Shown here: in pieces, positions 28,103-38,249 of the stretch | How positions within the stretch are numbered: the stretch's first letter is position 1 | Layout: each line of letters opens with the position of its first letter | Source of the DNA: an uncultured Acidobacteriaceae bacterium | Lineage (GTDB): Bacteria > Acidobacteriota > Terriglobia > Terriglobales > Acidobacteriaceae | Assembly: GCA_963712295.1 (NCBI GenBank) | Contig: CAVQHM010000029.1 | Coordinates: 63,704 to 127,703, forward strand | Length of the DNA: 64,000 nt | Reading direction: 5' to 3' | Made by a program: the position numbers and the translations under genes | Notes under the pieces: model-generated | The model's input: only the letters and a program-made list of their open reading frames with translations | The model's database searches: none | What the model was told of the DNA's origin: nothing

Positions 28103-28198
28103 GGCTCTATCGGGTTCCAGTGTAGAGGGCCGGACCCACGCATACAACGAAAACCGGCAAGACCACGGTGCCCACGAAATGCCCCTCAGCACGCATTA

Positions 28199-28262
28199 TC
28201 TTTATGACTTCTTTATGAACCGCTTACCGCACTTTTATGGAGGGGCCTGTCTAATTTGGATG
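28199..28262 (+). promoter_or_regulatory. Candidate KdpE operator/promoter upstream of kdpFABC
   Basis: TTTATGA-N4-TTTATGA-N4-CTTACCG-N4-TTTATGG, paralogous to 24626..24690. Confidence 0.5.
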
Positions 28263-28400
28263 AGCACAAGCCACCAGCTTGCTTTCGGTATGACGCCAGG
28301 GTTCCGCCCGGACGAGGACCGCCTGGGCTCAGCCGTGCTGGTCAAGTTTGATCGTGACGACAAGTTAGCGAGTACTTGACGTCATTTGTAGGGAGGGTGC

Positions 28401-28487
28401 ATGCAAGACCTGATCTTTGTCGTGGTCGCGATAGCGTTCTTCGCGTTGTCGCTCGGTTATGTGCAATTCTGCGATCGAATTCGCTGA
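28401..28487 (+). CDS. Candidate 28-aa hydrophobic leader peptide upstream of kdpF
   Basis: GGGAGGG ends 3 nt before the ATG. Encodes MQDLIFVVVAIAFFALSLGYVQFCDRIR. Not in the supplied ORF track because it is too short. Confidence 0.4.
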   Translation: MQDLIFVVVAIAFFALSLGYVQFCDRIR

Positions 28488-28513
28488 GGACAAATCGCCT
28501 GAGGCAAATCAAT

Positions 28514-28603
28514 ATGAATGCTGAATCGATCATCATGCTGATTGTAAGCGCAGGTTTGATGGTCTACCTGCTCTATGCGTTGCTGAGACCGGAGAAATTC
28601 TGA
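28514..28603 (+). CDS. kdpF: K+-transporting ATPase subunit F
   Basis: [29 protein letters not shown], with the typical KdpF C-terminus. Its stop lies 1 nt before the kdpA ATG. Confidence 0.8.
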   Translation: MNAESIIMLIVSAGLMVYLLYALLRPEKF

Positions 28604-28604
28604 A

Positions 28605-30401
28605 ATGACAACCAATGGCTGGATACAGATCGGCGTATTTCTAGCTCTGATTCTGGCGATCACTAAGCCGCTCGGCGTGTACATGGCAAGAGTGTTCAGC
28701 CGGGAGCGCACTTTTCTCGACCCCGTGGTCCGCCCGATCGAGCGGTTGCTCTATCGTGTGACTGGCGTCGATGAAGAGCACGAGATGCGCTGGACCGAAT
28801 ACGCTTTCGCCATGCTGCTGTTCAGCGGCGCCACCATGCTGCTGCTTTATCTGATCGAGCGGGTGCAGCAGTTCCTGCCGTTGAATCCGCAGAAGTTCGG
28901 GGCAGTCGCTCAGGCACTCGCCTTTAACACCGCCGCGTCCTTCACGACCAACACGAATTGGCAGAACTATTCGGGCGAGTCCACCATGAGCTATCTCACG
29001 CAGATGGCTGGCCTGGCTTACCACAATTTCGCGTCGGCCGCGGTGGGGATCGCGCTGGCGATCGCATTCGTTCGCGGCATCGCGCGCAAGGAAAAAGAGA
29101 CCATCGGTAATTTCTGGGTCGATATGACCCGTTCCGCCCTGTGGGTGCTGCTGCCTATCTGCATCGTCTATGCCCTGGCCCTGGTTTCGCAAGGAGCTGT
29201 CCAGAACCTCAGGCCCTATGACACCGCGAAGCTGATTGAGCCGCAACAGGTCCAGAAGACGGGAACCGACGGCAAACCCATGGTAGGCCAAGACGGCAAG
29301 CCGGTGATGGACACGGTAACCGATCAGACCATCGCCCAAGGTCCGGTAGCGTCGCAAGAAGCGATCAAGATGCTCGGCACGAACGGCGGCGGGTTCTTCA
29401 ACGCCAACAGCTCCCATCCCTTCGAGAATCCGACTCCACTTAGTAACTTCCTGCAGATGCTTTCTATCTTCGCGATCCCGGCAGGTCTCACGTACACGCT
29501 GGGCCGAATGACTAAGTCGCAGCGTCACGGCTGGGCGGTCTGGGCGGCGATGGCAATTCTGTTCCTGTGCGGGGTTACGACGGCTTACTGGGCCGAGTCC
29601 CGAGGCAATCCTCTGCTGCACGGAGTCGACCACCACGCCACCGCGATGCAGCCGGGCGGCAACATGGAGGGCAAGGAGGTGCGCTTTGGCATCGCCAACT
29701 CCGCGCTGTTTGCCACCGTCACCACCGACGCAAGTTGTGGCGCCATCAACGGCGTCCATGATTCGTTTACTCCACTGGGCGGAATGGTGCCGCTTGTCAA
29801 CATCATGCTCAGCGAGACCGTTTTTGGAGGGGTGGGCGCGGGCCTGTACGGCATCCTGATCTACGTCGTGCTGGCGGTGTTCATCGCCGGGCTCATGGTC
29901 GGGCGAACCCCGGAGTATCTGGGCAAGAAGATCGAGGCCTACGACGTGAAGATGGCGATGCTCGTCACGCTGGTGTTCCCGCTGATCATTCTGGTGCTCA
30001 CGGGCATTTCATCGGTAGAGGGATTCGGCACGTCGAGCATCAGCAACGCCGGTCCGCACGGCCTGACCCAAATCCTCTACTTGTTTACGTCGTCGGCAGG
30101 GAACAATGGCTCTGCGTTCGCCGGCATAAACGGCAACACGCTTTGGTATAACACCGCAGGTGCGATGACCATGCTGGTGGGACGGTTCTTCATGATCATT
30201 CCCATGCTGGCGATTGCCGGCAATCTGGCGAAGAAGAAGACTGTGCCGGCTTCCGCGGGCACGTTCCCGGTGACTACGCCCCTGTTTACCGTTCTGCTGG
30301 TGTCAGTGATTGTGATTGTGGGAGCGCTGACATTTTTCCCGGCCCTTAGCTTGGGCCCCATACTTGAACACCTGCTGATGATGGCAGGGAAAACTTTCTG
30401 A
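28605..30401 (+). CDS. kdpA: K+-transporting ATPase subunit A
   Basis: 598-aa polytopic protein. [31 protein letters not shown] and the [10 protein letters not shown] and [18 protein letters not shown] selectivity-filter regions. Confidence 0.92.
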   Translation: MTTNGWIQIGVFLALILAITKPLGVYMARVFSRERTFLDPVVRPIERLLYRVTGVDEEHEMRWTEYAFAMLLFSGATMLLLYLIERVQQFLPLNPQKFGAVAQALAFNTAASFTTNTNWQNYSGESTMSYLTQMAGLAYHNFASAAVGIALAIAFVRGIARKEKETIGNFWVDMTRSALWVLLPICIVYALALVSQGAVQNLRPYDTAKLIEPQQVQKTGTDGKPMVGQDGKPVMDTVTDQTIAQGPVASQEAIKMLGTNGGGFFNANSSHPFENPTPLSNFLQMLSIFAIPAGLTYTLGRMTKSQRHGWAVWAAMAILFLCGVTTAYWAESRGNPLLHGVDHHATAMQPGGNMEGKEVRFGIANSALFATVTTDASCGAINGVHDSFTPLGGMVPLVNIMLSETVFGGVGAGLYGILIYVVLAVFIAGLMVGRTPEYLGKKIEAYDVKMAMLVTLVFPLIILVLTGISSVEGFGTSSISNAGPHGLTQILYLFTSSAGNNGSAFAGINGNTLWYNTAGAMTMLVGRFFMIIPMLAIAGNLAKKKTVPASAGTFPVTTPLFTVLLVSVIVIVGALTFFPALSLGPILEHLLMMAGKTF

Positions 30402-30439
30402 GGCAGGCCTTTTCGAGGCAGAGCTTTTTGAGGCAAAAG

Positions 30440-32467
30440 ATGGCAGAAAAGAAAAGCAAGAGTTTGTGGGACGCAAAAATCATACGGCGAGCGCTGGGCG
30501 ACGCCGTGGTCAAACTCGATCCCCGCACCATGATGAAGAATCCGGTCATGTTCGTGGTCGAGGTTGGCGCCGTGGTAACGACCATCCTGTTATTCCGCGG
30601 GAAACAGAGCTTCGCCTTCAACCTGCAGATCACACTTTGGCTCTGGTTCACCGTGTTGTTCGCGAATTTCGCGGAAGCCATGGCCGAAGGTCGCGGCAAA
30701 GCGCAAGCCGACACGCTCCGCAAAGCCCGGTCTGAGACGGTGGCCAAGCGCTTGCTGGCGAATGGGACCACGGAAATCGTGCCGAGTTCCAAGCTGCGCT
30801 CCGGCGATATCGTAATGGTAATTGCGAGCGAACTCGTCCCGGGCGATGGCGAAGTCATCGAAGGCGTCGCCTCGGTGGACGAGTCCGCGATCACTGGAGA
30901 GTCCGCGCCCGTGATCCGCGAAGCCGGAGGAGACCGGTCGGCGGTTACCGGAGGCACGCGCGTGCTTTCCGACGTGATCAAAGTCCGCATCACTTCGAAT
31001 CCAGGAGAAACCTTCCTCGACAGAATGATCGCGTTGGTCGAAGGCGCCGAACGCCAGAAGACTCCGAACGAGATCGCGCTCAACATCCTGCTGGCCGGCC
31101 TGACCATCATCTTCCTGCTGGCTGTGGTAACGCTGCAGCCGTTCGCGATTTACTCAGGATCGCCGCAGACGGTATTCGTGCTCGTTTCTCTGCTGGTCTG
31201 TCTGATTCCGACTACGATCGGCGGCTTGCTTTCGGCCATCGGTATTGCCGGCATGGACCGCCTGGTGCAGCACAACGTGCTGGCGATGTCCGGGCGCGCC
31301 GTGGAGGCGGCCGGAGACGTCAATACGCTGCTGCTCGATAAAACGGGAACGATCACGCTCGGCAACCGCCAGGCCGCCGAGTTCATCCCCGCGCCGGGCA
31401 TTACCAACGCCGAGATGGCCGATGCCGCGCAGCTTTCCTCGCTCGCCGACGAAACGCCCGAAGGCCGGTCGATTGTCGTGTTGGCGAAAGAAAAGTACAG
31501 CCTGCGCGGACGCGAACTCGCTTCTCACGAAGCGGTGTTCGTCCCTTTCACCGCGCAAACCCGCATGTCGGGCGTGAACCTCGACGGCCGTGAGATTCGC
31601 AAAGGAGCAGTCGACGCCATCACCAAATACCTGCATCAGTTCGGCACCTCGCTGCCGCGCGAGATTCAGGCGAGCGTGGAACAGATCGCTCGCTCCGGAG
31701 GAACTCCGCTGGTGGTGGCGGAAAATCAGCGTGCGCTGGGCGTGATCTACCTCAAGGACATCGTCAAAGGCGGGATGCAGGAGCGTTTCAATCAACTGCG
31801 CGCGATGGGGATCAAGACCGTCATGATCACGGGAGACAATCCGCTGACGGCGGCGGCGATCGCGCGCGAGGCCGGCGTGGACGATTTTCTGGCCGAAGCG
31901 ACCCCGAAAGACAAAATGGATCTGATTCGCCGCGAGCAAGCCGACGGCAAACTGGTTGCCATGACCGGCGACGGCACCAACGATGCTCCCGCGCTGGCGC
32001 AAGCCGATGTGGGGGTCGCGATGAACACCGGAACGCAAGCGGCAAAAGAGGCCGGAAACATGGTGGACCTCGATTCCAATCCCACCAAGCTCATCGAAGT
32101 CGTGGCCATCGGCAAACAGTTGCTGATGACGCGCGGGGCGCTCACAACTTTTTCCATTGCGAACGATGTGGCGAAGTATTTCGCAATTATTCCGGCGATG
32201 TTTGCCGGAACCTTTCCCGTGCTCAATGCGCTGAACATCATGCGGCTGCAGACGCCGCAGTCGGCGGTGCTTTCGGCCGTGATTTTTAACGCGCTCATCA
32301 TCGTCGCCCTGATTCCGCTGGCGCTGCGAGGGGTGAAGTACAAGGCGATGAGCGCCGAATCACTGCTGCGGCAGAACCTGCTGGTGTATGGATTCGGAGG
32401 ATTGGTGGTTCCATTCATCGGCATCAAGGCGATTGACATGCTCATCACCAGCATCAGGCTGGTTTAG
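30440..32467 (+). CDS. kdpB: K+-transporting ATPase subunit B (P-type ATPase)
   Basis: [18 protein letters not shown] and [18 protein letters not shown]. Confidence 0.92.
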   Translation: MAEKKSKSLWDAKIIRRALGDAVVKLDPRTMMKNPVMFVVEVGAVVTTILLFRGKQSFAFNLQITLWLWFTVLFANFAEAMAEGRGKAQADTLRKARSETVAKRLLANGTTEIVPSSKLRSGDIVMVIASELVPGDGEVIEGVASVDESAITGESAPVIREAGGDRSAVTGGTRVLSDVIKVRITSNPGETFLDRMIALVEGAERQKTPNEIALNILLAGLTIIFLLAVVTLQPFAIYSGSPQTVFVLVSLLVCLIPTTIGGLLSAIGIAGMDRLVQHNVLAMSGRAVEAAGDVNTLLLDKTGTITLGNRQAAEFIPAPGITNAEMADAAQLSSLADETPEGRSIVVLAKEKYSLRGRELASHEAVFVPFTAQTRMSGVNLDGREIRKGAVDAITKYLHQFGTSLPREIQASVEQIARSGGTPLVVAENQRALGVIYLKDIVKGGMQERFNQLRAMGIKTVMITGDNPLTAAAIAREAGVDDFLAEATPKDKMDLIRREQADGKLVAMTGDGTNDAPALAQADVGVAMNTGTQAAKEAGNMVDLDSNPTKLIEVVAIGKQLLMTRGALTTFSIANDVAKYFAIIPAMFAGTFPVLNALNIMRLQTPQSAVLSAVIFNALIIVALIPLALRGVKYKAMSAESLLRQNLLVYGFGGLVVPFIGIKAIDMLITSIRLV

Positions 32468-32509
32468 GAAGAGCAATGGATAGTGGCAAATGAATAGCTG
32501 AGAAGACCT

Positions 32510-33091
32510 ATGAAGAAGAATTTAATTACCGCGGTACTCATGACACTCGCAACAACGGTCCTGTTGGGAATTCTGTATCCCCTAGTCGTGACCGGACTCG
32601 CGCAGTTGATCTTCCCCAAGCAGGCCAACGGCCAGCTCATCCGCGCGAAGGAGGGAGTGGTGATTGGTTCGCACCTGATTGGACAGCCATTTTCCGGGCC
32701 GGGTTACTTTCATTCGCGGCCTTCCGCCGCGGGCGCCGCCGGCTACGACGCCACCGCCTCGGGAGGATCGAGCCTGGGCCCGACCAACGCCCAGCTGATT
32801 GGCCGCGTCAACGGAGACGTCGCCAAGCTGCAAGCCGAAAATCCCGGCGTTCCCATCCCGGTCGACCTGGTGACGACATCGGGATCGGGACTCGACCCGG
32901 ATATCACGCCAGGAGCGGCCCAGTTCCAGATTCGGCGCGTGGCTTCAGAACGCAAGATTCCGGAAGCTGAGGTTGCGCGCCTGGTCCTCGAGCACTCCGA
33001 GAACCGGCAATGGGGATTCCTGGGTGAGCCGCGCGTGAACGTCCTCGAACTGAACCTCGCGCTCGATGCGCGCTACGGCCGAGTTCGCTAG
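32510..33091 (+). CDS. kdpC: K+-transporting ATPase subunit C
   Basis: N-terminal TM segment plus GSGLDPDITPGAAQFQIRRVA. Confidence 0.9.
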   Translation: MKKNLITAVLMTLATTVLLGILYPLVVTGLAQLIFPKQANGQLIRAKEGVVIGSHLIGQPFSGPGYFHSRPSAAGAAGYDATASGGSSLGPTNAQLIGRVNGDVAKLQAENPGVPIPVDLVTTSGSGLDPDITPGAAQFQIRRVASERKIPEAEVARLVLEHSENRQWGFLGEPRVNVLELNLALDARYGRVR

Positions 33092-33151
33092 TGGAGAGCC
33101 GGGCGTCCCCGCCCGGCCGGACGGGCAAGACGCCCGTCGCTCCACCGTAGG
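33091..33151. repeat. Family E subfamily (GTGGAGAGCCGGGC...GCTCCACCGTA) overlapping the kdpC stop
   Basis: Nested palindromes. A near-identical copy lies at 45676..45751 after ruvX. Confidence 0.8.
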
Positions 33152-33160
33152 AGCCAATCC

Positions 33161-34027
33161 CTAGTGTTGCGGATGAATCACGCTTAGCGCCCCCGCAGCC
33201 ACGGAAATCTCGGCGGGCGTCTCACACACATACTCTCCGTCAGCGTAGATCTCGATGGGAGTTTCGGTCTGCACGTGCACGCGCTCCGCCCGCGAGTATT
33301 CAACCTCGGGCACAAGCAGATGTCGCCCGAAGTACACCGTCGGAAACAAGCTAAGCAGCTTAAGCGGGCTCAGCGTGCCGATCCGGCAAACATCGAGCTT
33401 ACCGTCCGCAAAATCCGCTTCTGGCGCAATGCGCATGCCGTCGCCATAGAACTGGGTGTTGGCGAATGCGGCGAGCAAAGTGAGCTTTTCGGCTTCGGTG
33501 CGATCCGCGCCATTGATCTGTGCCAGCCGCATCGAAACAGCCGGAAGTTTGAGCAGCAGCGGCAATAGGGCCAGGGCATAGCCACCATGTCCGCGCAGCC
33601 AGCGCGGCATCCGATTGGCGCTCCGAGCCGCGGCAGAGTCCAGCCCGCACCCGGCGACGCAGCAAAAATAGTAGGTGCGCTCCGGCGCGTCGAATGGCAC
33701 GATGACCCCGAGATCGACTGGCCGCGCGCTCAATTTCCCCGATTCAAAATCACGCCAGACGCGCAACGAGTCCCGCATCGAACGCAATTTCAGCGCGCGG
33801 GCAAGATCGTTTCCACTGCCGGAGGGAACAATCAGCACCGGAAGCTTGAGCCGTACCAGCGCCGGGAGATGACGATGGATCGTGCCGTCCCCGCCAAAGA
33901 TCAGGATGGCATCGGCGTCGCCGGAAGAAGTGGGCAGTCCCTGCGACCACGCAGTTGCCGAACCGGCTTGAAACCGTTTCAAGTCAGCCGGCGAGGTTCC
34001 CAACCCGAAGATGACGGCGGCGCGCAT
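33161..34027 (-). CDS. Diacylglycerol/lipid kinase family protein (YegS/BmrU type)
   Basis: ILIFGGDGTIHRHL and VPSGSGNDLARAL. Confidence 0.8.
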   Translation of the reverse strand: MRAAVIFGLGTSPADLKRFQAGSATAWSQGLPTSSGDADAILIFGGDGTIHRHLPALVRLKLPVLIVPSGSGNDLARALKLRSMRDSLRVWRDFESGKLSARPVDLGVIVPFDAPERTYYFCCVAGCGLDSAAARSANRMPRWLRGHGGYALALLPLLLKLPAVSMRLAQINGADRTEAEKLTLLAAFANTQFYGDGMRIAPEADFADGKLDVCRIGTLSPLKLLSLFPTVYFGRHLLVPEVEYSRAERVHVQTETPIEIYADGEYVCETPAEISVAAGALSVIHPQH

Positions 34028-34089
34028 GCGTTCAGCATTAGAGCATATCCGGTGCAGAAATTCGGCGCCCGGAGGTCGGGTTGGTTTTT

Positions 34090-34127
34090 ACCTAAGACCT
34101 AAGACCTAAGACCTAAGACCTAAGACC
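34090..34127. repeat. 7-bp tandem repeat (ACCTAAG x5)
   Basis: Read directly from the sequence; lies between convergent genes. Confidence 0.85.
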
Positions 34128-34135
34128 TGCCTTTC

Positions 34136-35776
34136 TCATCTCGGCAGGCACTTCTCCATGAATTCCACCAGATCTTTTTTCATCTTGTCATGCTCGGCGC
34201 GATCGACATAAACCATGTGTCCCGACTTGTAGGTGGCGTAGGAAATATTCTGGCGGAACTGCGGACCAAGGTCCAGGTGATCCATCGTCCAGTTGGCGGC
34301 GGTAAAGGGCGTAGCCAGGTCGTAGTAGCCCTCCATCACCAGAATCTTCATATACGGATTCTTGATCATCGCCGACCGCAATCCGCCGGCCGTGCTGGGA
34401 AAGCCTTCCACGGCATTCCCCCACTCCCACTTCTGGAATCCAGGTTGGTCGTAGGCGAACACCCGGTAGGGCATGTCGGACTTGTAGTTCAATTCGGTGC
34501 GCAGGTAGTTATTGAACGCCGAGGTGTAAGGCGGCAGAATGGCGGAGCCCGTCGGATCATAGAAACGATCGCCGTCGGGATTAGGACTGCTGAAGCGGCC
34601 ATCGAGGCGCCCGACGACCAGTTTCTGATCGAGCAGCAGTTCGCGCGTGAACGTGGGTACGTCAATCCTCAGGTTGTGCGCTTCCACCACTTCTGGCCGC
34701 AGCCCTGTGTAGCGTGATAGTTGGTCGACAATCTTGCGATGTTCTTCCGGCGTCATCGCATCGCCTTTTCCCAGCGCGAGCGCGTATTCATTGGACGACC
34801 AGCGCACGACTTCCTCGCGCGTCTTCGCCACGTCCTCGGTGAGATCGGCAGCCAGTTTGTGATGATAGCCCGCGATCATGTTGAACGTGGGCACCAGCAG
34901 AAAATAGGGCAGGTCGTTCGACTTGTTCCATTCCAGTGTCTGGAAATCCAGGGCCATCGAAAGCAGGGTCACGCCGTTGAACACGATGCCGTGATCCGCC
35001 AGATATCCGGCAATGCCGGCGGCGCGCGTCGTGCCGTAACTTTCCCCCAGTAGGAACAGTGGAGAACTCCAACGATCGTAGCGCGAGATGTAGAGACGGA
35101 TGAACTCTCCAAAGGCCTGTACATCGCCTTTTACGCCGAGAAACTTTTTCGTAAGTTCGGCGTTTGCGGCCCGCGAATAGCCGGTCGCCATGGCATCCAC
35201 CATGACGATGTCACTGCGATCGAGCAGCGTGTCAGGATTGTCTTCCAGGCGGTAAGGCGCCGCCGGCATGAAGCCATTCGCCTGTAGTACCACGCGCTTC
35301 GGTCCGAGCGCCCCCATGTGCAGCCACACCGACGCCGATCCCGGGCCGCCGTTGAACGAGAACGTCAGCGGACGCTTTGCCGCATCCTGCCCGTCGAGCG
35401 TATAAGCCACGAAAAACATTTCCGCTTCCGTCTTGCCGTCGTCGCGCTTGATGGGGAGCCGGCCGGCCGTCGCCGTATAGCTGAGAGTCTTGCCGTTGAG
35501 CGTGATCTGGTGATGCGTGGTGACGGGCGGAACTTCGGCCACATCGTAATGTTCTTCCTTGTCGGCCGCTTCGCTCGCGTCGGTTTTGGCCGGCTCGGCG
35601 GTCTTGCCGCTTTCCGCCGTCTTATCGGGAGTTGCGGCACTCGCAGGCGTTGCCTGCTTCTTATCTTTCTTGGATGCCGCCTGCTTCGCGCTCTCGGGCG
35701 TCGTGTCCTGATTTTGCTGCGCAACCGTAAACGGAATCGCCAGCACGGCGAAAAGAAGAACTGTCAGAATCCTCAT
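34136..35776 (-). CDS. Peptidase S10 (serine carboxypeptidase) family protein, secreted
   Basis: Signal MRILTVLLFAVLAIPFTVAQQ, FNGGPGSASVW, and the catalytic GESYGTTRA. Confidence 0.8.
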   Translation of the reverse strand: MRILTVLLFAVLAIPFTVAQQNQDTTPESAKQAASKKDKKQATPASAATPDKTAESGKTAEPAKTDASEAADKEEHYDVAEVPPVTTHHQITLNGKTLSYTATAGRLPIKRDDGKTEAEMFFVAYTLDGQDAAKRPLTFSFNGGPGSASVWLHMGALGPKRVVLQANGFMPAAPYRLEDNPDTLLDRSDIVMVDAMATGYSRAANAELTKKFLGVKGDVQAFGEFIRLYISRYDRWSSPLFLLGESYGTTRAAGIAGYLADHGIVFNGVTLLSMALDFQTLEWNKSNDLPYFLLVPTFNMIAGYHHKLAADLTEDVAKTREEVVRWSSNEYALALGKGDAMTPEEHRKIVDQLSRYTGLRPEVVEAHNLRIDVPTFTRELLLDQKLVVGRLDGRFSSPNPDGDRFYDPTGSAILPPYTSAFNNYLRTELNYKSDMPYRVFAYDQPGFQKWEWGNAVEGFPSTAGGLRSAMIKNPYMKILVMEGYYDLATPFTAANWTMDHLDLGPQFRQNISYATYKSGHMVYVDRAEHDKMKKDLVEFMEKCLPR

Positions 35777-35943
35777 GCGTGTCTCCGAAGAAAAGAGTTG
35801 GACCAGCATTATAAAGGGTCTTGATTATTGCGCTTGGAAAACCTTCGCCCAAAGGTCTACAATTCCGCTGGACCCGGAACCATCCCATCGCAATCACCGG
35901 GAGTTTGTGTGTGGTTGGGAACATTCAAAAGGAGCTTCCAAAT

Positions 35944-36162
35944 ATGAAGAAAGTGCTCGCCTTGATGTTTGCCCTCGCCCTCTCCGTCTCGATGTCGTCG
36001 TTCGCCTTTGCCCAAGCTGACAAGCCCGCGGACAAACCGGCCGACAAGAAGGAAGAGAAAGCAAAACCCGCGAAAGAAAAGAAGGCCAAGACAGAGAAGA
36101 AAGCCAAGACAGAGAAGAAAGAAAAGAAAGACGAAATGAAGAAAGACGATATGGCGAAATAA
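35944..36162 (+). CDS. Small secreted Lys-rich protein (72 aa)
   Basis: Signal peptide MKKVLALMFALALSVSMSSFAFA, then DKPADKPADKKEEKAKPAKEKKAKTEKKAKTEKKEKK. Confidence 0.6.
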   Translation: MKKVLALMFALALSVSMSSFAFAQADKPADKPADKKEEKAKPAKEKKAKTEKKAKTEKKEKKDEMKKDDMAK

Positions 36163-36185
36163 GCCCTCCATCCCTTTTCAGTTCC

Positions 36186-36215
36186 ACCCCCGGCTTTGGT
36201 CGGGGTTTTTCTTTT
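36186..36215 (+). terminator. Rho-independent terminator
   Basis: CCCCGGC-TTTG-GTCGGGG stem followed by TTTTTCTTTT. Confidence 0.7.
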
Positions 36216-36347
36216 GCGGCCACGCACCCGCCAGCGCCAACTCCAGACGTGCTAAAATTTGTTGCGCCTGAAATGCTTCCTCCGGCTGGGTGGCGCACCC
36301 GATCTTTCCACCCTGGTAATGACGGACTAACAACGACGGACAAAAAA

Positions 36348-37400
36348 GTGGCTCAGAACCCCAACCTCCCAGCCGACCCCATCACCTACGCCGATGCCGG
36401 CGTCAGCATCGATCGTGGCAACCGCACCAAGCAGCGCATCAAGTATCTGGCCCACAAAACCTTCACCAAGGGAGTGCTGAGCGAAATCGGCGGATTCGGC
36501 GGGTTGTTCTCGGTCGACAAAAAGTATTTGGATCCGGTGCTGGTTTCGAGCGTCGATGGCGTGGGCACCAAGTTGAAAGTCGCCTTCGACATGAGCATGC
36601 ATCACACCGTCGGCGGCGACCTGGTGAATCACTGTGTCAACGACATCGCGGTGCAGGGTGCGGCGCCGTTGTTTTTCATGGACTACCTGGCCACCGGAAC
36701 CCTGGATCCGGAGATCGCCGAAAAAGTTGTGGGCGGACTGGCCGAAGCCTGCAAGCATAACGGCTGCGCTCTGATCGGCGGCGAGACCGCGGAAATGCCG
36801 GGGTTTTATCCCGATGGCGAGTACGATTTGGCCGGATTCATCGTCGGAGTAGTCGAACGCGACCGCGTTATCAGCGGCAAAGACGTGCAGGTGGGGGATT
36901 GTGTTCTCGGCTTGCCCTCCAACGGTCTGCACACCAACGGATACTCGCTGGCGCGCAAACTGCTCTTTGAAGTCGCCGGCTATTCTCTGGAAACGTTTGT
37001 CAGCGAGATCAAGAACAAGGTCGGCAACGAACTCATGCGCACCCATCGCAGCTACTGGCCGATCGTTCGCAAGATGATCGCGGGCGACTGTGTCGCGGCG
37101 CTGGCGCACATCACCGGCGGCGGCATCACCGAAAACCTGCCCCGAGTGCTGCCCAAAGGCACCTCCGCCGTGATCGAACGCGGCACCTGGCCGGTTCTGC
37201 CCATCTTTGAGCATTTGCAGAAACTCGGCAATGTCGCCGAGGAAGAAATGCTGCGCACCTTCAACATGGGCCTCGGTATGCTGATCGTGGTCCCCGCCAA
37301 GAAGTTCAAGAAAGCGCAGACCCTGCTGGAGCGTGCCGGAGAAAAGTTTTACAGCGTGGGCCGTATCGTCAAAGGCGATCGCAAGGTGATGTTCAGCTAG
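36348..37400 (+). CDS. purM: Phosphoribosylformylglycinamidine cyclo-ligase (AIR synthetase)
   Basis: YADAGVSID, GGFGGLF, SVDGVGTKL and GGETAEMPG. A GTG start at 36348 is preferred to the upstream alternative at 36249 (uncertain). Confidence 0.88.
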   Translation: MAQNPNLPADPITYADAGVSIDRGNRTKQRIKYLAHKTFTKGVLSEIGGFGGLFSVDKKYLDPVLVSSVDGVGTKLKVAFDMSMHHTVGGDLVNHCVNDIAVQGAAPLFFMDYLATGTLDPEIAEKVVGGLAEACKHNGCALIGGETAEMPGFYPDGEYDLAGFIVGVVERDRVISGKDVQVGDCVLGLPSNGLHTNGYSLARKLLFEVAGYSLETFVSEIKNKVGNELMRTHRSYWPIVRKMIAGDCVAALAHITGGGITENLPRVLPKGTSAVIERGTWPVLPIFEHLQKLGNVAEEEMLRTFNMGLGMLIVVPAKKFKKAQTLLERAGEKFYSVGRIVKGDRKVMFS

Positions 37401-37459
37401 GAACGGGCTTCTAGCTTTTGGCTCTTAGCTTGTAGCTCTTATCGACCCCTTTTATGAAT

Positions 37460-37539
37460 TGTCATCCTGAGCCAAGCGAAGGACCTGCTTTCTTGCGTAC
37501 AAAAGGAAAAGCAGGTCCTTCGCTTCGCTCAGGATGACA
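37460..37539. repeat. Family B hairpin between purM and purN
   Basis: TGTCATCCTGAGCCAAGCGAAGGACCTGC ... GCAGGTCCTTCGCTTCGCTCAGGATGACA. Confidence 0.85.
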
Positions 37540-37558
37540 AGCCCGGTCATTGTCTCGT

Positions 37559-38188
37559 ATGAAGAATCTCGGCATTCTGCTTTCCGGACGCGGTTCTAAT
37601 TTTGTGGCCATCGCCGACAGCGTTGCGGCTGGCCGGATTCCTGATGCTCGCATCGCGGTCGTGATTTCGAATCGTTCCGACGCTCCCGGCGTCGAAACCG
37701 CCCGTCAGCGCGGCCTCAACGCGCTCGTCGTTGCGTCGAAAGGCAAGCCGCGCGAGCAGCACGACCGCGAAGTTGTGGCGGCGCTCCTCGACAACCAAGT
37801 CGATCTCATCTGCCTCGCCGGTTACATGCGCCTGCTCTCGCCCTGGTTCGTGCGGCAGTTCCCGGCAAAAATTCTCAACATTCATCCGTCCTTGCTGCCC
37901 GCGTTTCCCGGCTTGGAAGCGCAGCAGCAGGCCTTCGCCTATGGGGTGAAAGTTTCAGGCTGCACGGTGCATTTCGTGGATGAGGAGCTCGATCACGGCG
38001 CCATTATTGTGCAGAAAACTGTCCCTGTGCTGGACTCCGACGACGAGCACACGCTGGCGGCACGAATTCTCGAACAGGAACACATCGCCTACAGCGAAGC
38101 GATAAAGATTGTGCTGGAAGAAAACTTCGAAATTGCCGGTAGGCGAATGGTGAAAGGTCAGAGGTCAGAGGTCAGATTGCAGAAGTAA
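37559..38188 (+). CDS. purN: Phosphoribosylglycinamide formyltransferase (C-terminal 10 residues or so encoded by a family D repeat)
   Basis: LGILLSGRGSNF and NIHPSLLPAFPG. The tail KGQRSEVRLQK is translated repeat. Confidence 0.88.
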   Translation: MKNLGILLSGRGSNFVAIADSVAAGRIPDARIAVVISNRSDAPGVETARQRGLNALVVASKGKPREQHDREVVAALLDNQVDLICLAGYMRLLSPWFVRQFPAKILNIHPSLLPAFPGLEAQQQAFAYGVKVSGCTVHFVDEELDHGAIIVQKTVPVLDSDDEHTLAARILEQEHIAYSEAIKIVLEENFEIAGRRMVKGQRSEVRLQK

Positions 38189-38246
38189 AATCCGAAATTC
38201 ACGATGGGAGGTTTTCACCTCTGCAATCTGACCTCAGACCTCTGCA
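38156..38246. repeat. Family D hairpin between convergent purN and a hypothetical gene
   Basis: Arms 38156..38187 and 38215..38246. Confidence 0.85.
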
Positions 38247-38249
38247 ATC

